Translations under genes and position numbers: made by a program
NCBI GenBank assembly: GCA_035559435.1
Contig: DATMBC010000103.1
Span: 11,693-75,692, forward strand
Direction: 5' to 3'
Length of the DNA stretch: 64,000 nucleotides
DNA from: a bacterium
GTDB lineage: Bacteria; Zixibacteria; MSB-5A5; WJJR01
Notes under the pieces: model-generated
What the model was told of the DNA's origin: nothing
The model's input: the letters and a program-made list of their open reading frames with translations, nothing else
The model's database searches: none
In this document: piece after piece, positions 46,156-56,761 of the stretch
How positions within the stretch are numbered: the stretch's first letter is position 1
Layout of the letters: each line of letters opens with the position of its first letter

Positions 46156-47895
46156 ATGACGACGACTGTAGCGACAAGACAGCATGCCTTCTTCGACGAG
46201 GTCTGTCGCGCGACCGCCGCCGCGCTGGCGGCCATGGGATCGACGCTGTCCGCCTCCGAGATCGCGGACCTCTACGAGGCGCCCAACAAGAAGGGCTTTG
46301 GCGATTCGGCCTTCCCCTGCTTCCCGTTGGCCGGCATGTTGCGCATCGCCCCCAACGAGATTGCCGCGCGTCTGGCGGCGTCCTTTGTCCGTCCCGCGTC
46401 GGTTACCGATGTCAAAGCCATCGGCGGCTATTTCAACGTCTGGTACAATCCGCAGAGCGTCGCGTCGGAGGTGCTGCCGGAAATCGCCCGCTTGGGATCC
46501 TCATACGGTTCCTCCGCCGTCGGCGCCGGACGCACCATCTGCATGGATTACTCGCACCCCAACATCGCCAAGCCGTTCGGGGTGGGACATCTGCGTTCGA
46601 CGGTCATCGGGCATGCGCTCAAAAACATTTATGAGAAATTGGGCTATGCCACCGTTGGCATCAATCACCTGGGCGATTGGGGCACGCAGTTCGGCAAGTT
46701 GATCGTCGCCTACCGGATGTGGGGGGACGAGGCGCAACTGCAGGCGCAACCGATCCGTCATCTCTACGATCTCTATGTCCGTTTCCATGCCGAAGAAGAG
46801 ACCAATTCGGAGCTTTCCGAACGCGCCCGCGCCGAGTTCAAGAAGCTCGAGGACGGCGATCGCGAGAATCTCGCGCTTTGGAAGCGGTTCCGTGATGTCT
46901 CGCTGGAGGAATTCCAGCGTGTCTACCGCCGTCTCGGCGTGGAGTTCGATTCCTACCATGGCGAGGCGTTCTACAACGACCAGCTGGCGCCGCTGACCGA
47001 GCGGCTGCAGAGCGCCGGGATCGCCGTGACCGGCGACGATGGCGCGCTGGTGATTCCGATGGGCGACAGCGGCGAGCCGCCGCTGCTCTTGCGCAAATCC
47101 GATGGCGCGACGCTGTATGCCACGCGCGATTTCGCCGCCGCCGAGTATCGCTGGAACACCTACCATTTCGACCGGTGCCTGTACATCGTTGGTTCGGCGC
47201 AGGCGCTGCATTTCCGTCAGTTGTTCGCGGCGTTGGCGAAGGCCGGGTACCCGTGGGCCGAGCGCATGGTCCATGTCGACTTCGGCTGGGTGAAGTTCGC
47301 CGACAGCATGATGTCGACCCGGCGCGGAAACATCGTGTTCCTTGATGATGTGATTGAAGAGGCGGTCACCCGGACCCGGCGGATCATTCAGGAGAAAAAC
47401 GCCGAGCTGCCCGATGCCGACGCGGTGGCCGAGGCCGTTGGGGTGGGCGCGATCGTGTTCTGGCAACTGTCGGTCAAGCGGCAGAAGGATGTCAACTTCG
47501 ATTGGGAGGATGTCCTCTCCTTCGATGGCCGCACCGGACCGTACTTGCAGTACACGCACGCGCGCATCTGCTCGCTTCTGCGCAAATGGGGTGCGGCGGT
47601 GCCGGCTGCCGCCGACTTCGCCGCGCTCTCCGGCGAGGACGAGCGCCGTCTGCTTCTGCAACTGGCCGATTGGCCGCGCCGTATCGCGCAGGCGGCGGCG
47701 CAATACGAACCACAGATCATCGCCGCGTCGCTGCTGGACATGGCGCAGTCATTCAATGGATTCTATCAGAAGGTTCGCATTCTCGACGGCGAACCGGAGG
47801 CGCGGCCCGCGCGGCTGGTTCTTTGTGACGGCGTGCGCGCGGTGATGGCCGAGGGACTGCGGCTTTTGGGTCTGCAGGCGCCCGAACAGATGTAA
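46156..47895 (+). CDS. argS: Arginine--tRNA ligase
   Basis: Class I 'HIGH'-type 'SHPNIAKPFGVGHLRSTVIG'; the anticodon-binding DALR C-terminus; KMSKS-equivalent 'MMSTRRG'. Confidence 0.9.
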   Translation: MTTTVATRQHAFFDEVCRATAAALAAMGSTLSASEIADLYEAPNKKGFGDSAFPCFPLAGMLRIAPNEIAARLAASFVRPASVTDVKAIGGYFNVWYNPQSVASEVLPEIARLGSSYGSSAVGAGRTICMDYSHPNIAKPFGVGHLRSTVIGHALKNIYEKLGYATVGINHLGDWGTQFGKLIVAYRMWGDEAQLQAQPIRHLYDLYVRFHAEEETNSELSERARAEFKKLEDGDRENLALWKRFRDVSLEEFQRVYRRLGVEFDSYHGEAFYNDQLAPLTERLQSAGIAVTGDDGALVIPMGDSGEPPLLLRKSDGATLYATRDFAAAEYRWNTYHFDRCLYIVGSAQALHFRQLFAALAKAGYPWAERMVHVDFGWVKFADSMMSTRRGNIVFLDDVIEEAVTRTRRIIQEKNAELPDADAVAEAVGVGAIVFWQLSVKRQKDVNFDWEDVLSFDGRTGPYLQYTHARICSLLRKWGAAVPAAADFAALSGEDERRLLLQLADWPRRIAQAAAQYEPQIIAASLLDMAQSFNGFYQKVRILDGEPEARPARLVLCDGVRAVMAEGLRLLGLQAPEQM

Positions 47896-47949
47896 CGCCA
47901 AGGTGTTGGCGCCCCGGAGGCACTCAATCTCCGGGAACGGGAGACGAAG

Positions 47950-48984
47950 ATGCTGATCGTCATGGACATGCACGCCGGGCCGAAGGAAATCGAGGCGGTG
48001 TGCAATGAAATCAAGTCACTGGGCCTCACTCCCCATGCGATGCCGGGCGCGCAGCGCACCGCCATCGGCATCACGGGCAACAAAGGCGCCGTCGATGCCA
48101 CCCGCTTCGAGGCGATGCCGGGCGTTTTGCGCGTCATCCATGTCACCGCGCCCTACAAACTGGTCAGCCGTGAATTCCATGAGGCCGACACGATCGTGCG
48201 CGTGGGCAACGTGCCGATCGGCGGCAACGGCTTTGTCATCATGGCGGGACCGTGCGCGGTGGAATCGGCCGAGCAACTCGACCAGGTCGCCGAGCGGGTC
48301 AAGAAGGCCGGCGGCCAGATTCTGCGGGGCGGCGCCTACAAGCCGCGCACCTCGCCCTACAGTTTCCAGGGGCTCGGATTGCACGGGCTGAAGCTGCTGG
48401 CCGCGGCGCGGGAAAAGCACGGCCTCCCGGTGGTCACCGAGGCGATTGATCAGGAGTCGCTCGATCAGGTGGTCGAGTACGCCGACATGGTGCAGATCGG
48501 CGCGCGCAACATGCAGAACTTCTCGCTTCTGAAGATGGCCGGGCGGTGCGGCAAGCCGGTCCTGCTCAAGCGCGGGATGGCCGCGACACTCGATGAACTG
48601 CTGATGGCGGCCGAGTATATCGTCAACGAGGGCAACCCCAACGTCGTGCTCTGCGAGCGCGGCGTGCGCACCTTCGCCGATCACACCCGCAACACGCTCG
48701 ATCTGTCGGCGGTGCCGTTTGTGCGCCGCACGAGCCATCTGCCGATCATCGTCGATCCCAGCCATGGCACCGGCAAGCGGCACAAGGTGACTCCGCTGTC
48801 GTGCGCCGCGGCGGCGGTCGGCTGCGATGGACTCATGATCGAGGTGCACCCGCATCCCGACACCGCGCTTTCCGATGGTCCGCAATCGGTCAATCCCGAG
48901 GAGTTCGACGACCTGGTCAGGCGCGTGTCCGCGATCGCCGCGGTGGTGGGACGCCATCTGACCATCCCGGATGGGAGACCATGA
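47950..48984 (+). CDS. 3-deoxy-7-phosphoheptulonate (DAHP) synthase, type I-beta, with an N-terminal regulatory (ACT/FL-like) extension
   Basis: N-terminal about 90 aa '[25 protein letters not shown]', then a KDO8PS/DAHPS-I-beta core: 'MAGPCAVES', '[19 protein letters not shown]', 'QIGARNMQN'. Confidence 0.85.
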   Translation: MLIVMDMHAGPKEIEAVCNEIKSLGLTPHAMPGAQRTAIGITGNKGAVDATRFEAMPGVLRVIHVTAPYKLVSREFHEADTIVRVGNVPIGGNGFVIMAGPCAVESAEQLDQVAERVKKAGGQILRGGAYKPRTSPYSFQGLGLHGLKLLAAAREKHGLPVVTEAIDQESLDQVVEYADMVQIGARNMQNFSLLKMAGRCGKPVLLKRGMAATLDELLMAAEYIVNEGNPNVVLCERGVRTFADHTRNTLDLSAVPFVRRTSHLPIIVDPSHGTGKRHKVTPLSCAAAAVGCDGLMIEVHPHPDTALSDGPQSVNPEEFDDLVRRVSAIAAVVGRHLTIPDGRP

Positions 48985-50369
48985 CCTCCGCCAGCCCCGC
49001 CATTCCCCGTCCGGGCGAAATCCGCATCGAACCGGTGCGCAGATTGCACGGCGTCTATCGTCCGCCGGCCGACAAATCGATCGCGCATCGCGCGCTCCTT
49101 CTCGCCGCGTTGGCGAAGGGTCGTTCGTTGGTGCGTCCGGCGCCACGCGCGCTCGATGTCCACTCAACCGCCGCCTGCCTCAGGCAGCTTGGCGTGGCGA
49201 TCGAGTCCCATGAAGACACCTGGGTGATGGAGAGTCCGGGCATTGCCGGTTGGATGGCGCCCGAACGCGCCCTGGACTGCGGCAATTCCGGCACGACCAT
49301 GCGCCTGTTGGCCGGCGCCCTGTCCGCCTGCGGTTTCCCGGTGACTTTGATCGGCGATGAATCGCTGTCGCGACGGCCGATGCTGCGTGTGGCCGAACCG
49401 CTGCGCCGCATGGGGGCGACGATCACGCTCACGCCGCGGAACACCGCGCCGATCGAGTTGCGCGGCGGATCGCTCACCGGCATCCGCTACGAGCTGCCGG
49501 TGCCGTCGGCGCAGGTGAAGTCGGCGGTGTTGTTGGCCGGGTTGGCGGCGGTGGGCGAGACCATCGTGATCGAAGGCACCGTCAGCCGCGATCACACCGA
49601 ACGGATGCTGGTGGCGGCCGGCGTGGATTGCCGGATCGAGCATCCGCAGCGTCCCGCCGGCGACAGGCGCGAACTGTTGCTGTCCGGCGCGGCCGTCGAA
49701 GCCCAGCCGCAGCGTCGCACCATCACGCTGGGCGCGCGGCGGATCGTTCAGCCGCAGGAATGGAACGTCCCCGGCGATTTCTCGGCGGCGGCGTTCATCC
49801 TCGCGGCCGCCCTCGGCGCGCGCAAGGCGGAAGTGATCATCGACCAAGTCGGCATCAATCCTACCCGTACCGGATTCCTGAAGGTGTTAAAGCGCATGGG
49901 CGCCGAGGTGGACGTGCGCAAAATCGACGAGTCCGGCGGCGAGCCGGTCGGGCAGTTGCGCGTCGAGGCCTGCGAATCGCTCAAGGCGGTGCGTGTGCAT
50001 GAACACGAGGTTCCATCGCTGATCGATGAATTGCCGATGCTGGCGGTGCTGGCAGCGCGCGCCGAAGGCGTGACGGTCATCCGCGGCGCCGCTGAATTGC
50101 GCCACAAGGAGTCCGACCGAATCGCCGCGGTCGCCGCCAACTTGCGCGCCATGGGCGCCAAGGTCGCCGAACTGGAAGACGGCTGGGCCATCGAGGGCCC
50201 GACCGAGTGGCATGGCGCCGTCATCGATCCGCGCGGCGACCACCGCATTGCCATGGCCTTTGCCGTCGCCGCGCTCTGGGCCGATGCGCCTTCGACGATC
50301 CAGGACGCCGGCGTGATGGCAATCTCCGATCCCGATTTTGCGTCGTCGCTGATCGCGCTGACCCAATAA
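48981..50369 (+). CDS. aroA: 3-phosphoshikimate 1-carboxyvinyltransferase (EPSP synthase)
   Basis: '[17 protein letters not shown]', '[15 protein letters not shown]', 'RPM.RV' and 'LRHKESDRI'. Its start overlaps the DAHPS stop (ATGA). Confidence 0.9.
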   Translation: MTSASPAIPRPGEIRIEPVRRLHGVYRPPADKSIAHRALLLAALAKGRSLVRPAPRALDVHSTAACLRQLGVAIESHEDTWVMESPGIAGWMAPERALDCGNSGTTMRLLAGALSACGFPVTLIGDESLSRRPMLRVAEPLRRMGATITLTPRNTAPIELRGGSLTGIRYELPVPSAQVKSAVLLAGLAAVGETIVIEGTVSRDHTERMLVAAGVDCRIEHPQRPAGDRRELLLSGAAVEAQPQRRTITLGARRIVQPQEWNVPGDFSAAAFILAAALGARKAEVIIDQVGINPTRTGFLKVLKRMGAEVDVRKIDESGGEPVGQLRVEACESLKAVRVHEHEVPSLIDELPMLAVLAARAEGVTVIRGAAELRHKESDRIAAVAANLRAMGAKVAELEDGWAIEGPTEWHGAVIDPRGDHRIAMAFAVAALWADAPSTIQDAGVMAISDPDFASSLIALTQ

Positions 50370-50372
50370 CCC

Positions 50373-51257
50373 ATGCCCACCCGCGCCGCCGATCGTTACC
50401 GCACCGGACTCTACGGCATCGTGGGGCGCAACATCTCGTACACACAGTCGCCATTCATCTTCCGCGCGGTGTTCCGTGAATTGGGCTGGTCCGCCGACTA
50501 TGGCATCTTCGACATCGCCGCGCGCGAGTTGCCCTCGCTTCTGGCCGCGATGCGCCGCGCGCCCATTCGCGGACTGAATGTCACCGTGCCGTACAAGCAA
50601 ACGGTCATGCCCTTGCTGGATGTCTGCGATCCATCGGCCCGTCAGGTGGGTGCGGTAAACACCATTGCCCTCGAACGCGGGCGTCTGGTCGGCGTCAACA
50701 CCGACATCGCCGGCGTGGTGGCGGCGCTGGGACCCCATCGCGCGCGTCTGCGCGGCGGCGAAGCGGTCATCTTCGGCGCCGGGGGCGGCGCGCGCGCGAC
50801 CGCCGCGGCGTTGATCGAGGAATTCCGGATGGCCCGTGTGACCATCGCCGCGCGTCATCCCGCCGCGGCGCGCCGTTTGATCCATGACCTGCAGGACCGG
50901 ATGTCGCCGGCGCATCTGACCACCGCGGCGTTCGCGCCGGCGCGCGATCTCCAGGAGGCGCTTTTGGCCGCGGCGCTGGTGGTCAATGCCACGCCGGTCG
51001 GCACAGCGGGAACGCCGGCAACGCGCCTGTTGCCGCGTGGGACGCGGCTACGGTCCGCCACCATCGCCTTCGATCTGGTCTATCGCCCGCGTCCCACGCT
51101 CTTTGCCCGCGAGGCCCGGGCCGCCGGATGCCGCCGGATCATCGACGGCTGGCCGATGCTGATTGCCCAGGCCGAGGCCGCCTTCCGGCGCTGGACCGGC
51201 CGCGCCTTCCCTGTCCGGACACGAACGACACTGTTGCGTCTGCCGCATCTGCCGTGA
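50373..51257 (+). CDS. aroE: Shikimate dehydrogenase
   Basis: 'LYGIVGRNISYTQSPFIFRAVF', 'LNVTVPYKQ', 'GAVNTI', and the Rossmann segment 'VIFGAGGGARA'. Confidence 0.85.
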   Translation: MPTRAADRYRTGLYGIVGRNISYTQSPFIFRAVFRELGWSADYGIFDIAARELPSLLAAMRRAPIRGLNVTVPYKQTVMPLLDVCDPSARQVGAVNTIALERGRLVGVNTDIAGVVAALGPHRARLRGGEAVIFGAGGGARATAAALIEEFRMARVTIAARHPAAARRLIHDLQDRMSPAHLTTAAFAPARDLQEALLAAALVVNATPVGTAGTPATRLLPRGTRLRSATIAFDLVYRPRPTLFAREARAAGCRRIIDGWPMLIAQAEAAFRRWTGRAFPVRTRTTLLRLPHLP

Positions 51258-51697
51258 ACACTGCCACGACCGAGTCGACTGTCGTCATCCTCAAGCGCGG
51301 CGCCGGGCAGGGGTTGCGCACCTTCTGGATTTTGATGCGTGTCATGATCCCGGTCTACGTCGGGATTGCGCTGTTGTCGCGGACTCCCGTGCTGCCAGCG
51401 ATCGCCGCGTTCTTTCAACCGGCCATGGGCATCTGGCATCTGCCCGGCGATGCCGCGTTGGCGATGGTGCTCGGGCACTTTGTCAATCTCTATGCCGCCC
51501 TCGCGGTGATTGCCGCCGGCCACTGGGATCCGACCGCGGTCACCGTCGCGGCCATCATCCTCGGCGTTTCGCATTCGCACATCATGGAAAGCGCCATCTT
51601 CCGCCTGATGCGCGTGCCGTTCGGCGTGCTGGCGGCGATTCGCGTCACCGCCGGTTGGGGACTGGGTTGGATCGTGGCCGCCCTGATGTCGCATTAG
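51254..51697 (+). CDS. Nucleoside-recognition (Gate) domain membrane protein, SpmA-like
   Basis: 'LRTFWILMRVMIPVYVGIALL' and multiple TM segments. The GTG at 51254 overlaps the aroE stop. The start is uncertain; an alternative is the Met in MRVMIPVY. Confidence 0.5.
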   Translation: MNTATTESTVVILKRGAGQGLRTFWILMRVMIPVYVGIALLSRTPVLPAIAAFFQPAMGIWHLPGDAALAMVLGHFVNLYAALAVIAAGHWDPTAVTVAAIILGVSHSHIMESAIFRLMRVPFGVLAAIRVTAGWGLGWIVAALMSH

Positions 51698-51710
51698 AGG
51701 AGAGGAGCCA

Positions 51711-52178
51711 ATGGACGCCGCCTTCGAAATCGCGCGTGGATTGGGCAGTCTGGCGCTCAAGATCTTTCTGATCGTCATGCCGCTGCTGATGTTCCTGGAG
51801 TGGGCGCGTACCCGGCGCTGGTTTGACCGTTTCATTCAATCCAGCAATCATCTCTTCGCCCCGGTGGGTTTCCGTCCTCCGGCGCTCTTTCCGCTGATGA
51901 CCGGCATCCTTTTCGGCATTTCGTATGGCGCCGGGGTGCTGATTCCGCAGTCGCAATCGGGGCACATCTCGCGCCGTCAGGTTTTTCTGATCGCGCTGTT
52001 TCTCTGCCTTTGCCATGCGATTGTCGAGGACACGTTGCTGTTCGTCGTGGTCGGCGCCAATCCCTGGGTCCTGGTGATCACCCGGTTTGTGGCGGCGATG
52101 CTGATTGTCTACATTTTCTCCCGGCTGGCCTGGCCGATCCGGCCGGAGCCGGAGGAGGTTGCAACTGAGCATGTTTGA
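51711..52178 (+). CDS. Nucleoside-recognition (Gate) domain membrane protein, SpmB-like
   Basis: 'LKIFLIVMPLLMFLEW...LFPLMTGILFGISYGAGVL'. It pairs with the upstream gene as in SpmA/SpmB operons. Confidence 0.6.
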   Translation: MDAAFEIARGLGSLALKIFLIVMPLLMFLEWARTRRWFDRFIQSSNHLFAPVGFRPPALFPLMTGILFGISYGAGVLIPQSQSGHISRRQVFLIALFLCLCHAIVEDTLLFVVVGANPWVLVITRFVAAMLIVYIFSRLAWPIRPEPEEVATEHV

Positions 52179-52755
52179 GACCACGCGCCGTCACATCTAC
52201 CTCGCCGGATTCATGGGCACCGGCAAGACCGCCGTCGGCGAGCGTCTCGCCGCCCGACTGGGCTGGCATTTCATCGACTTGGATGCGATGATCGTCGCCC
52301 TGCGCCATCGCGGCATCCCGGAGATCTTCCGTAGTGAAGGGGAGTCGGGCTTCCGGCATCTCGAGTCGCGCGCGCTGCGTCTGGCGGCTGTTTCACCCCA
52401 CACGGTGATCGCGCTGGGGGGTGGGACACCGTTGCGGCCAGCGAACGTCAACGTCGTGCGTGCCACCGGCCGCTGCTGGCTTTTGACCGCCGAGCCGGGC
52501 GCCATCTGGGACCGTGTCCGGCACACCTTGGCCGAGCGGCCGTTGTTGGCCGACGTGACGACACTCTCCGGCGATGATGCCGCGCGTCGGAGGCGTTTCG
52601 AGGAAGTTATTGCGCCGCTCCTGGCCGAACGACGCGCCGCCTACGAGCGCATCGCCGACTTCACCATCGACACAACGCGTCTGTCGGTGGATGAAGTGGT
52701 CTCCCGCATCGAATCCGACTTTCACGCCGCCACCCAGCGTCAGGATCATCCATGA
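52171..52755 (+). CDS. aroK: Shikimate kinase
   Basis: Walker A 'IYLAGFMGTGKTAVG' and 'LGGG' lid motifs. It overlaps the SpmB-like stop by 8 nt. Confidence 0.85.
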   Translation: MFETTRRHIYLAGFMGTGKTAVGERLAARLGWHFIDLDAMIVALRHRGIPEIFRSEGESGFRHLESRALRLAAVSPHTVIALGGGTPLRPANVNVVRATGRCWLLTAEPGAIWDRVRHTLAERPLLADVTTLSGDDAARRRRFEEVIAPLLAERRAAYERIADFTIDTTRLSVDEVVSRIESDFHAATQRQDHP

Positions 52756-53879
52756 GCGCCACACGTCCGCTTCGTCCCACCCTCATCGGACAGACGCCCG
52801 GCGCGCGTGTGCCGGTCTATCTCCGTCCGGACATTGCCACGCTGCTGCCGCGATTGCTCGGCAAAGTTCCGGCGTCGACCACGGCGCTGGTGGTGGTGAC
52901 CGATATGACCGTGGCGCGTCTCCACCTGGGACCGCTGAACCGTGCCCTGACCGCCGCGGGATGGCGGGTCGACCGCTACGTTCTGCCGCCGGGTGAGCGC
53001 ATCAAGACCCGCGCCGTGGTCGATTCCCTCCATGAGCGCTGGTTTCGTCAGGGCTACGATCGCTCCACTCCGGTCATCGCCTTCGGAGGCGGGACAGTCG
53101 GCGACGCCGCCGGCTTTGCCGCCGCCACCTTCATGCGCGGCCTGCCGCTGTGGCAGGCGCCGACCACCATCGTCGGACAAGTCGATTCCGCTCTCGGCGG
53201 CAAAGTCGGCATCAACCACCGACTGGGGAAAAACCTGATCGGCTGTTTCTATCAGCCCACCGGGGTGGTCATCGATCCGACTCTGCTTGCGACCTTGCCA
53301 TCGCGCGAACTGCGCGCCGGGCTGGCGGAGGTGGTGAAATACGGCGTCATCGATGATCCGGCGTTGTTTGAGACATGCGAGCGACGTCTCCCGTCCTGGG
53401 TGCGCGGGGACCGTCCCATCGATGCCGCGGTAATCGCCGCCTGCGCCGCCATCAAACTGCGGATCGTCGAGGCCGATGAACACGACCGCGGATTGCGGCA
53501 CCGGCTCAATTTCGGCCATACGCTCGGCCACGCGCTCGAGGCATGGGGCAAGTACCGTATCTTCCGCCATGGGGAGGCGGTCACGTTGGGAATGGTGGGG
53601 GTCGCTTCCATCGCGGCGGCACGGGGAGTCTTCCCGTCGTCGGATCTCGCGCGGCTGGAGTCGCTCTGCAGGCCGCTGGCGCCTTCGATCTGGTCCCCGC
53701 GTTTTGTGCCCGAAGCGGTCATCGCGCATCTGGCGCTGGACAAGAAACGCCAGGGTGGACGCAACACCTGGCTGTTGCCGCGGCGCATCGGGGCAGTGGC
53801 GAGCGTGCGCGATGTGGCCGACAATGAAATAGTGGAGGCGCTGCGGTACGTGCGGCGCTGGTTGGACTCGACCAAGTGA
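52752..53879 (+). CDS. aroB: 3-dehydroquinate synthase
   Basis: 'AFGGGTVGDAAGFAAATFMRGLPLWQAPTT', 'GGKVGINH', 'NFGHTLGHALE'. Confidence 0.9.
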   Translation: MSATRPLRPTLIGQTPGARVPVYLRPDIATLLPRLLGKVPASTTALVVVTDMTVARLHLGPLNRALTAAGWRVDRYVLPPGERIKTRAVVDSLHERWFRQGYDRSTPVIAFGGGTVGDAAGFAAATFMRGLPLWQAPTTIVGQVDSALGGKVGINHRLGKNLIGCFYQPTGVVIDPTLLATLPSRELRAGLAEVVKYGVIDDPALFETCERRLPSWVRGDRPIDAAVIAACAAIKLRIVEADEHDRGLRHRLNFGHTLGHALEAWGKYRIFRHGEAVTLGMVGVASIAAARGVFPSSDLARLESLCRPLAPSIWSPRFVPEAVIAHLALDKKRQGGRNTWLLPRRIGAVASVRDVADNEIVEALRYVRRWLDSTK

Positions 53880-53886
53880 GGACCGC

Positions 53887-54327
53887 GTGGCGCATACGAT
53901 TCTGGTAATCAACGGCCCCAATCTCAACCGTCTGGGAATGCGCGAGCCGCACATCTATGGCTCCGAGACACTGGATGAACTCAACGCCCGGATCCGCGCG
54001 CGCGCCCAGGATCTGGGCCTGCAGGCCGAGTTTTTCCAGTCCAACCACGAGGGGGCATTGATCGACCGTCTCCACGCCCATGGCCCCGTTGAGGGGATCG
54101 TCCTCAATCCCGGCGGACTGGCGCACACCTCCGTCTCGTTGCGCGACGCCGTGGCGTCGCTCTCGATCCCGGTCATCGAAGTCCACATCTCCAACATTCA
54201 CGCCCGCGAGCCCTTCCGCCACACCTCGTTGCTGTCGGGCGCCTGCCGCGGGGTCATCGTCGGGTTGGGCACTTACGGTTACCTGCTGGCGGTCGACTGC
54301 ATGGCGCGCCTGATCCTCGACCGTTAG
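53887..54327 (+). CDS. aroQ: 3-dehydroquinate dehydratase, type II
   Basis: 'ILVINGPNLNRLGMREPHIYG', 'QSNHEGALID', 'VLNPGGLAHTS', 'IEVHISNIHARE'. Confidence 0.9.
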   Translation: MAHTILVINGPNLNRLGMREPHIYGSETLDELNARIRARAQDLGLQAEFFQSNHEGALIDRLHAHGPVEGIVLNPGGLAHTSVSLRDAVASLSIPVIEVHISNIHAREPFRHTSLLSGACRGVIVGLGTYGYLLAVDCMARLILDR

Positions 54328-54386
54328 TGTAGTATTTGGCGTTGTCCGCCGCTTCGCAGTACCTTGGGCGCCAACCCCGGCGGCCC

Positions 54387-55763
54387 ATGGAAACCCCTTC
54401 GACTCCCATCTCACGCGACATCGAATCGGTGCTGCGCGGCCACCCGTACCAGGCGATCCTGCGCCTGGCGTGGCCGGCCACCGTGTCGATGATCCTGCAT
54501 ACGTTGTTTGCGGTGGTCGACCTGATCTGGGTGGGTCGTCTCGGCGCCGCGCCGATTGCCGCGGTGATCTCCGCCACCTTCGTGCTCTGGATCATGTACT
54601 CGCTGGTGAGCGTGCTCTCCACCGGCGTGGTGGCGATGGTCTCGCGGTTTCTCGGGGCGGGGGACTATGACCGCGCCCGCGATGTCGCCGGCGAGACCTG
54701 GCGGTTCGGGCTGATGTTCGCCGCGTTCATCGCCCTGCCGGGGTTCTTCTTCCGCCGTCCGATCATCGATGTCATGCATCTGGAGCCGCTGGTCGCCGAG
54801 ACTGCCTCCACCTATCTGGGCATCTACTTTCTGACCGCCTTTTTCATCGTGCTGTCCGAGTGGGCGGCGGCGCTGTTCCGCGCCTCGGGCAACACACGGA
54901 CCCCGCTGGTGGTCTTCGCCGTCGGGCTCGGTTTCAACATGGTGCTCGATCCGTTGTTCATCTTCGGCATCGGGCCCTTCCCGCGGATGGAAACCGCGGG
55001 GGCGGCGGTGGCGACGGCGATCTCCTATGGCATCTCGACTTCGCTCATACTCTGGCTGGCGCGCGGACGCCGTTTGCCATTCCCGGTCGATTTCGGTCTC
55101 CTTGGACGGATGGACTGGGCGCGCATCGGCCGTCTGGTGATGATTGGCCTGCCGATCTCGATCTCAGGCATTGTCTTTTCCATTGTCTACCTTTTCATCA
55201 ACCGGATCACCGCCTCGTTCGGCACCGAAATTGTCGCCACGCTCGGCATCGGCAACCGGATCGAGTCGATCAACTACCTGGTCGCCTCCGGCTTTGCGCT
55301 GGCGACCGCGACGCTCGTCGGACAGAACCTCGGGGCCCGCAATCCCGAGCGCGCCGCCGCGATGACCCACAAGACCATCCAACTGGTCTCCGCCTTCATC
55401 GGACTCACGTCGATTCTCTTTCTGATCTTCCCCGAAGTCATCGTGCGGGTGTTCACCGACGATCCGGCGGTGATCCACGCGGGACGGAACTACGTCCGCA
55501 TCCTGGCGCTCTCGCAGATTTTCATGGGCTGGGAAATTGTGCTCGAGGGCGCGTTTTCGGGAGCCGGACACACCCTGCCGCCGATGATCGTCGCCATCCC
55601 CGGCGCGGTGGCGCGTGTGCCGCTCGCCTGGCTTTTGGCGCAGCACTGGCAGATGGGCCCCGACGGCATCTGGTGGACCATCTCGATCACCACCGTCGGC
55701 AAGGCGGTCGTCCTCTACATTTGGTTTGCCCGCGGCACTTGGAAACACAAGACCGTTCACTAA
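54387..55763 (+). CDS. MATE family efflux transporter
   Basis: 12 TM segments with bilobal MATE repeats: 'RLAWPATVSMILHTLFAVVDLIWVGRLG' and 'GLPISISGIVFSIVYLFIN'. Start at METPST. Confidence 0.85.
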   Translation: METPSTPISRDIESVLRGHPYQAILRLAWPATVSMILHTLFAVVDLIWVGRLGAAPIAAVISATFVLWIMYSLVSVLSTGVVAMVSRFLGAGDYDRARDVAGETWRFGLMFAAFIALPGFFFRRPIIDVMHLEPLVAETASTYLGIYFLTAFFIVLSEWAAALFRASGNTRTPLVVFAVGLGFNMVLDPLFIFGIGPFPRMETAGAAVATAISYGISTSLILWLARGRRLPFPVDFGLLGRMDWARIGRLVMIGLPISISGIVFSIVYLFINRITASFGTEIVATLGIGNRIESINYLVASGFALATATLVGQNLGARNPERAAAMTHKTIQLVSAFIGLTSILFLIFPEVIVRVFTDDPAVIHAGRNYVRILALSQIFMGWEIVLEGAFSGAGHTLPPMIVAIPGAVARVPLAWLLAQHWQMGPDGIWWTISITTVGKAVVLYIWFARGTWKHKTVH

Positions 55764-55768
55764 GCGGC

Positions 55769-56761
55769 ATGGTGTCGTCCGCGGGCATCCGCTATCTTCA
55801 TGCCATGTCGGCGCCGGGACGGACAGGATGGGTGTTTTCGCCGCGCTTTCTGGCGCACAACGCCGATCAGGCGCACCCGGAATGCCCGGAGCGGCTAACC
55901 GCCATTAACGAGCGGCTCGGCGAGACGGGACTTTTGGAGCAACTGTGCCCGCTTGAATTCGGCCCGGCGGACAATGCCGAAATCCTGCGGGTGCACACCC
56001 GGCGCTATCTGGCCGATCTCGACAAATCCGAAGGCAGGCAACTCGACCCGGACACATTTTGCGGCAAGGACACGCCGGCGATCGCGCGTCTGGCGGCCGG
56101 CGGCGCACTCGCCGCCACCCGCGCCGTCAGGCGCGGTGAATTGGCCAACGCCTTCTGCGCGGTGCGCCCGCCGGGCCACCACGCCCCCGCCGACCGGGCC
56201 ATGGGATTCTGTTTTCTGAACAATGTGGCGATCGCCGCCGCCGATGTGGTCGCCGCCGACCCGGAGGCGCGTGTGCTCATTCTGGACTGGGATGTGCACC
56301 ACGGCAACGGCACCCAGTCGATCTTCTATGAACGCCCCGATGTCGTCTATGCCTCGATCCATCAGTATCCGTTCTACCCCGGCACCGGCGCGGCGCACGA
56401 GATCGGGCGCGGCCCGGGCAAGGGATACACGATCAACAAGCCGCTCGGGATCGGATCGGGCGATGACGCCTTCCTGGACGCGGTGCGGGAGATTCTTGAT
56501 GAAGCCGGGCGACTGATCCATCCCGACCTGATCCTGATTTCCGCCGGCTTCGACGCCCATGCCGACGATCCGCTGGCCAACCTGAGGGTCACAACCGACG
56601 GATTCACCGAGGCGACACGGCGGGTGTGCGCGTTTGCGCAGACACATTGCGGCGGACGGATCGTCTCGGTGCTCGAGGGCGGGTACAATCTGCGGGCGTT
56701 GGCCGACGCGGTGTCGGCGCATGTCGCGGCGCTGCTCGAAGCGGGGAGGAACGACCGGTGA
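55769..56761 (+). CDS. Histone deacetylase-family (AcuC/HDAC-like) zinc amidohydrolase
   Basis: 'HPECPERL', 'RPPGHHA', 'GFCFLNNVAIA', 'ILDWDVHHGNGTQ', 'GFDAHADDPL', 'LEGGYN'. The ATG at 55769 follows the MATE stop. The upstream part of the 54860 ORF is an out-of-frame overlap with MATE. Confidence 0.85.
   Translation: MVSSAGIRYLHAMSAPGRTGWVFSPRFLAHNADQAHPECPERLTAINERLGETGLLEQLCPLEFGPADNAEILRVHTRRYLADLDKSEGRQLDPDTFCGKDTPAIARLAAGGALAATRAVRRGELANAFCAVRPPGHHAPADRAMGFCFLNNVAIAAADVVAADPEARVLILDWDVHHGNGTQSIFYERPDVVYASIHQYPFYPGTGAAHEIGRGPGKGYTINKPLGIGSGDDAFLDAVREILDEAGRLIHPDLILISAGFDAHADDPLANLRVTTDGFTEATRRVCAFAQTHCGGRIVSVLEGGYNLRALADAVSAHVAALLEAGRNDR

Noticed and set aside
54860-55768. Upstream 300 codons of the 633-aa ORF (54860..56761)
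   Set aside because: This portion overlaps the MATE transporter in another frame and is low-complexity. The HDAC-like homology begins at the ATG at 55769.
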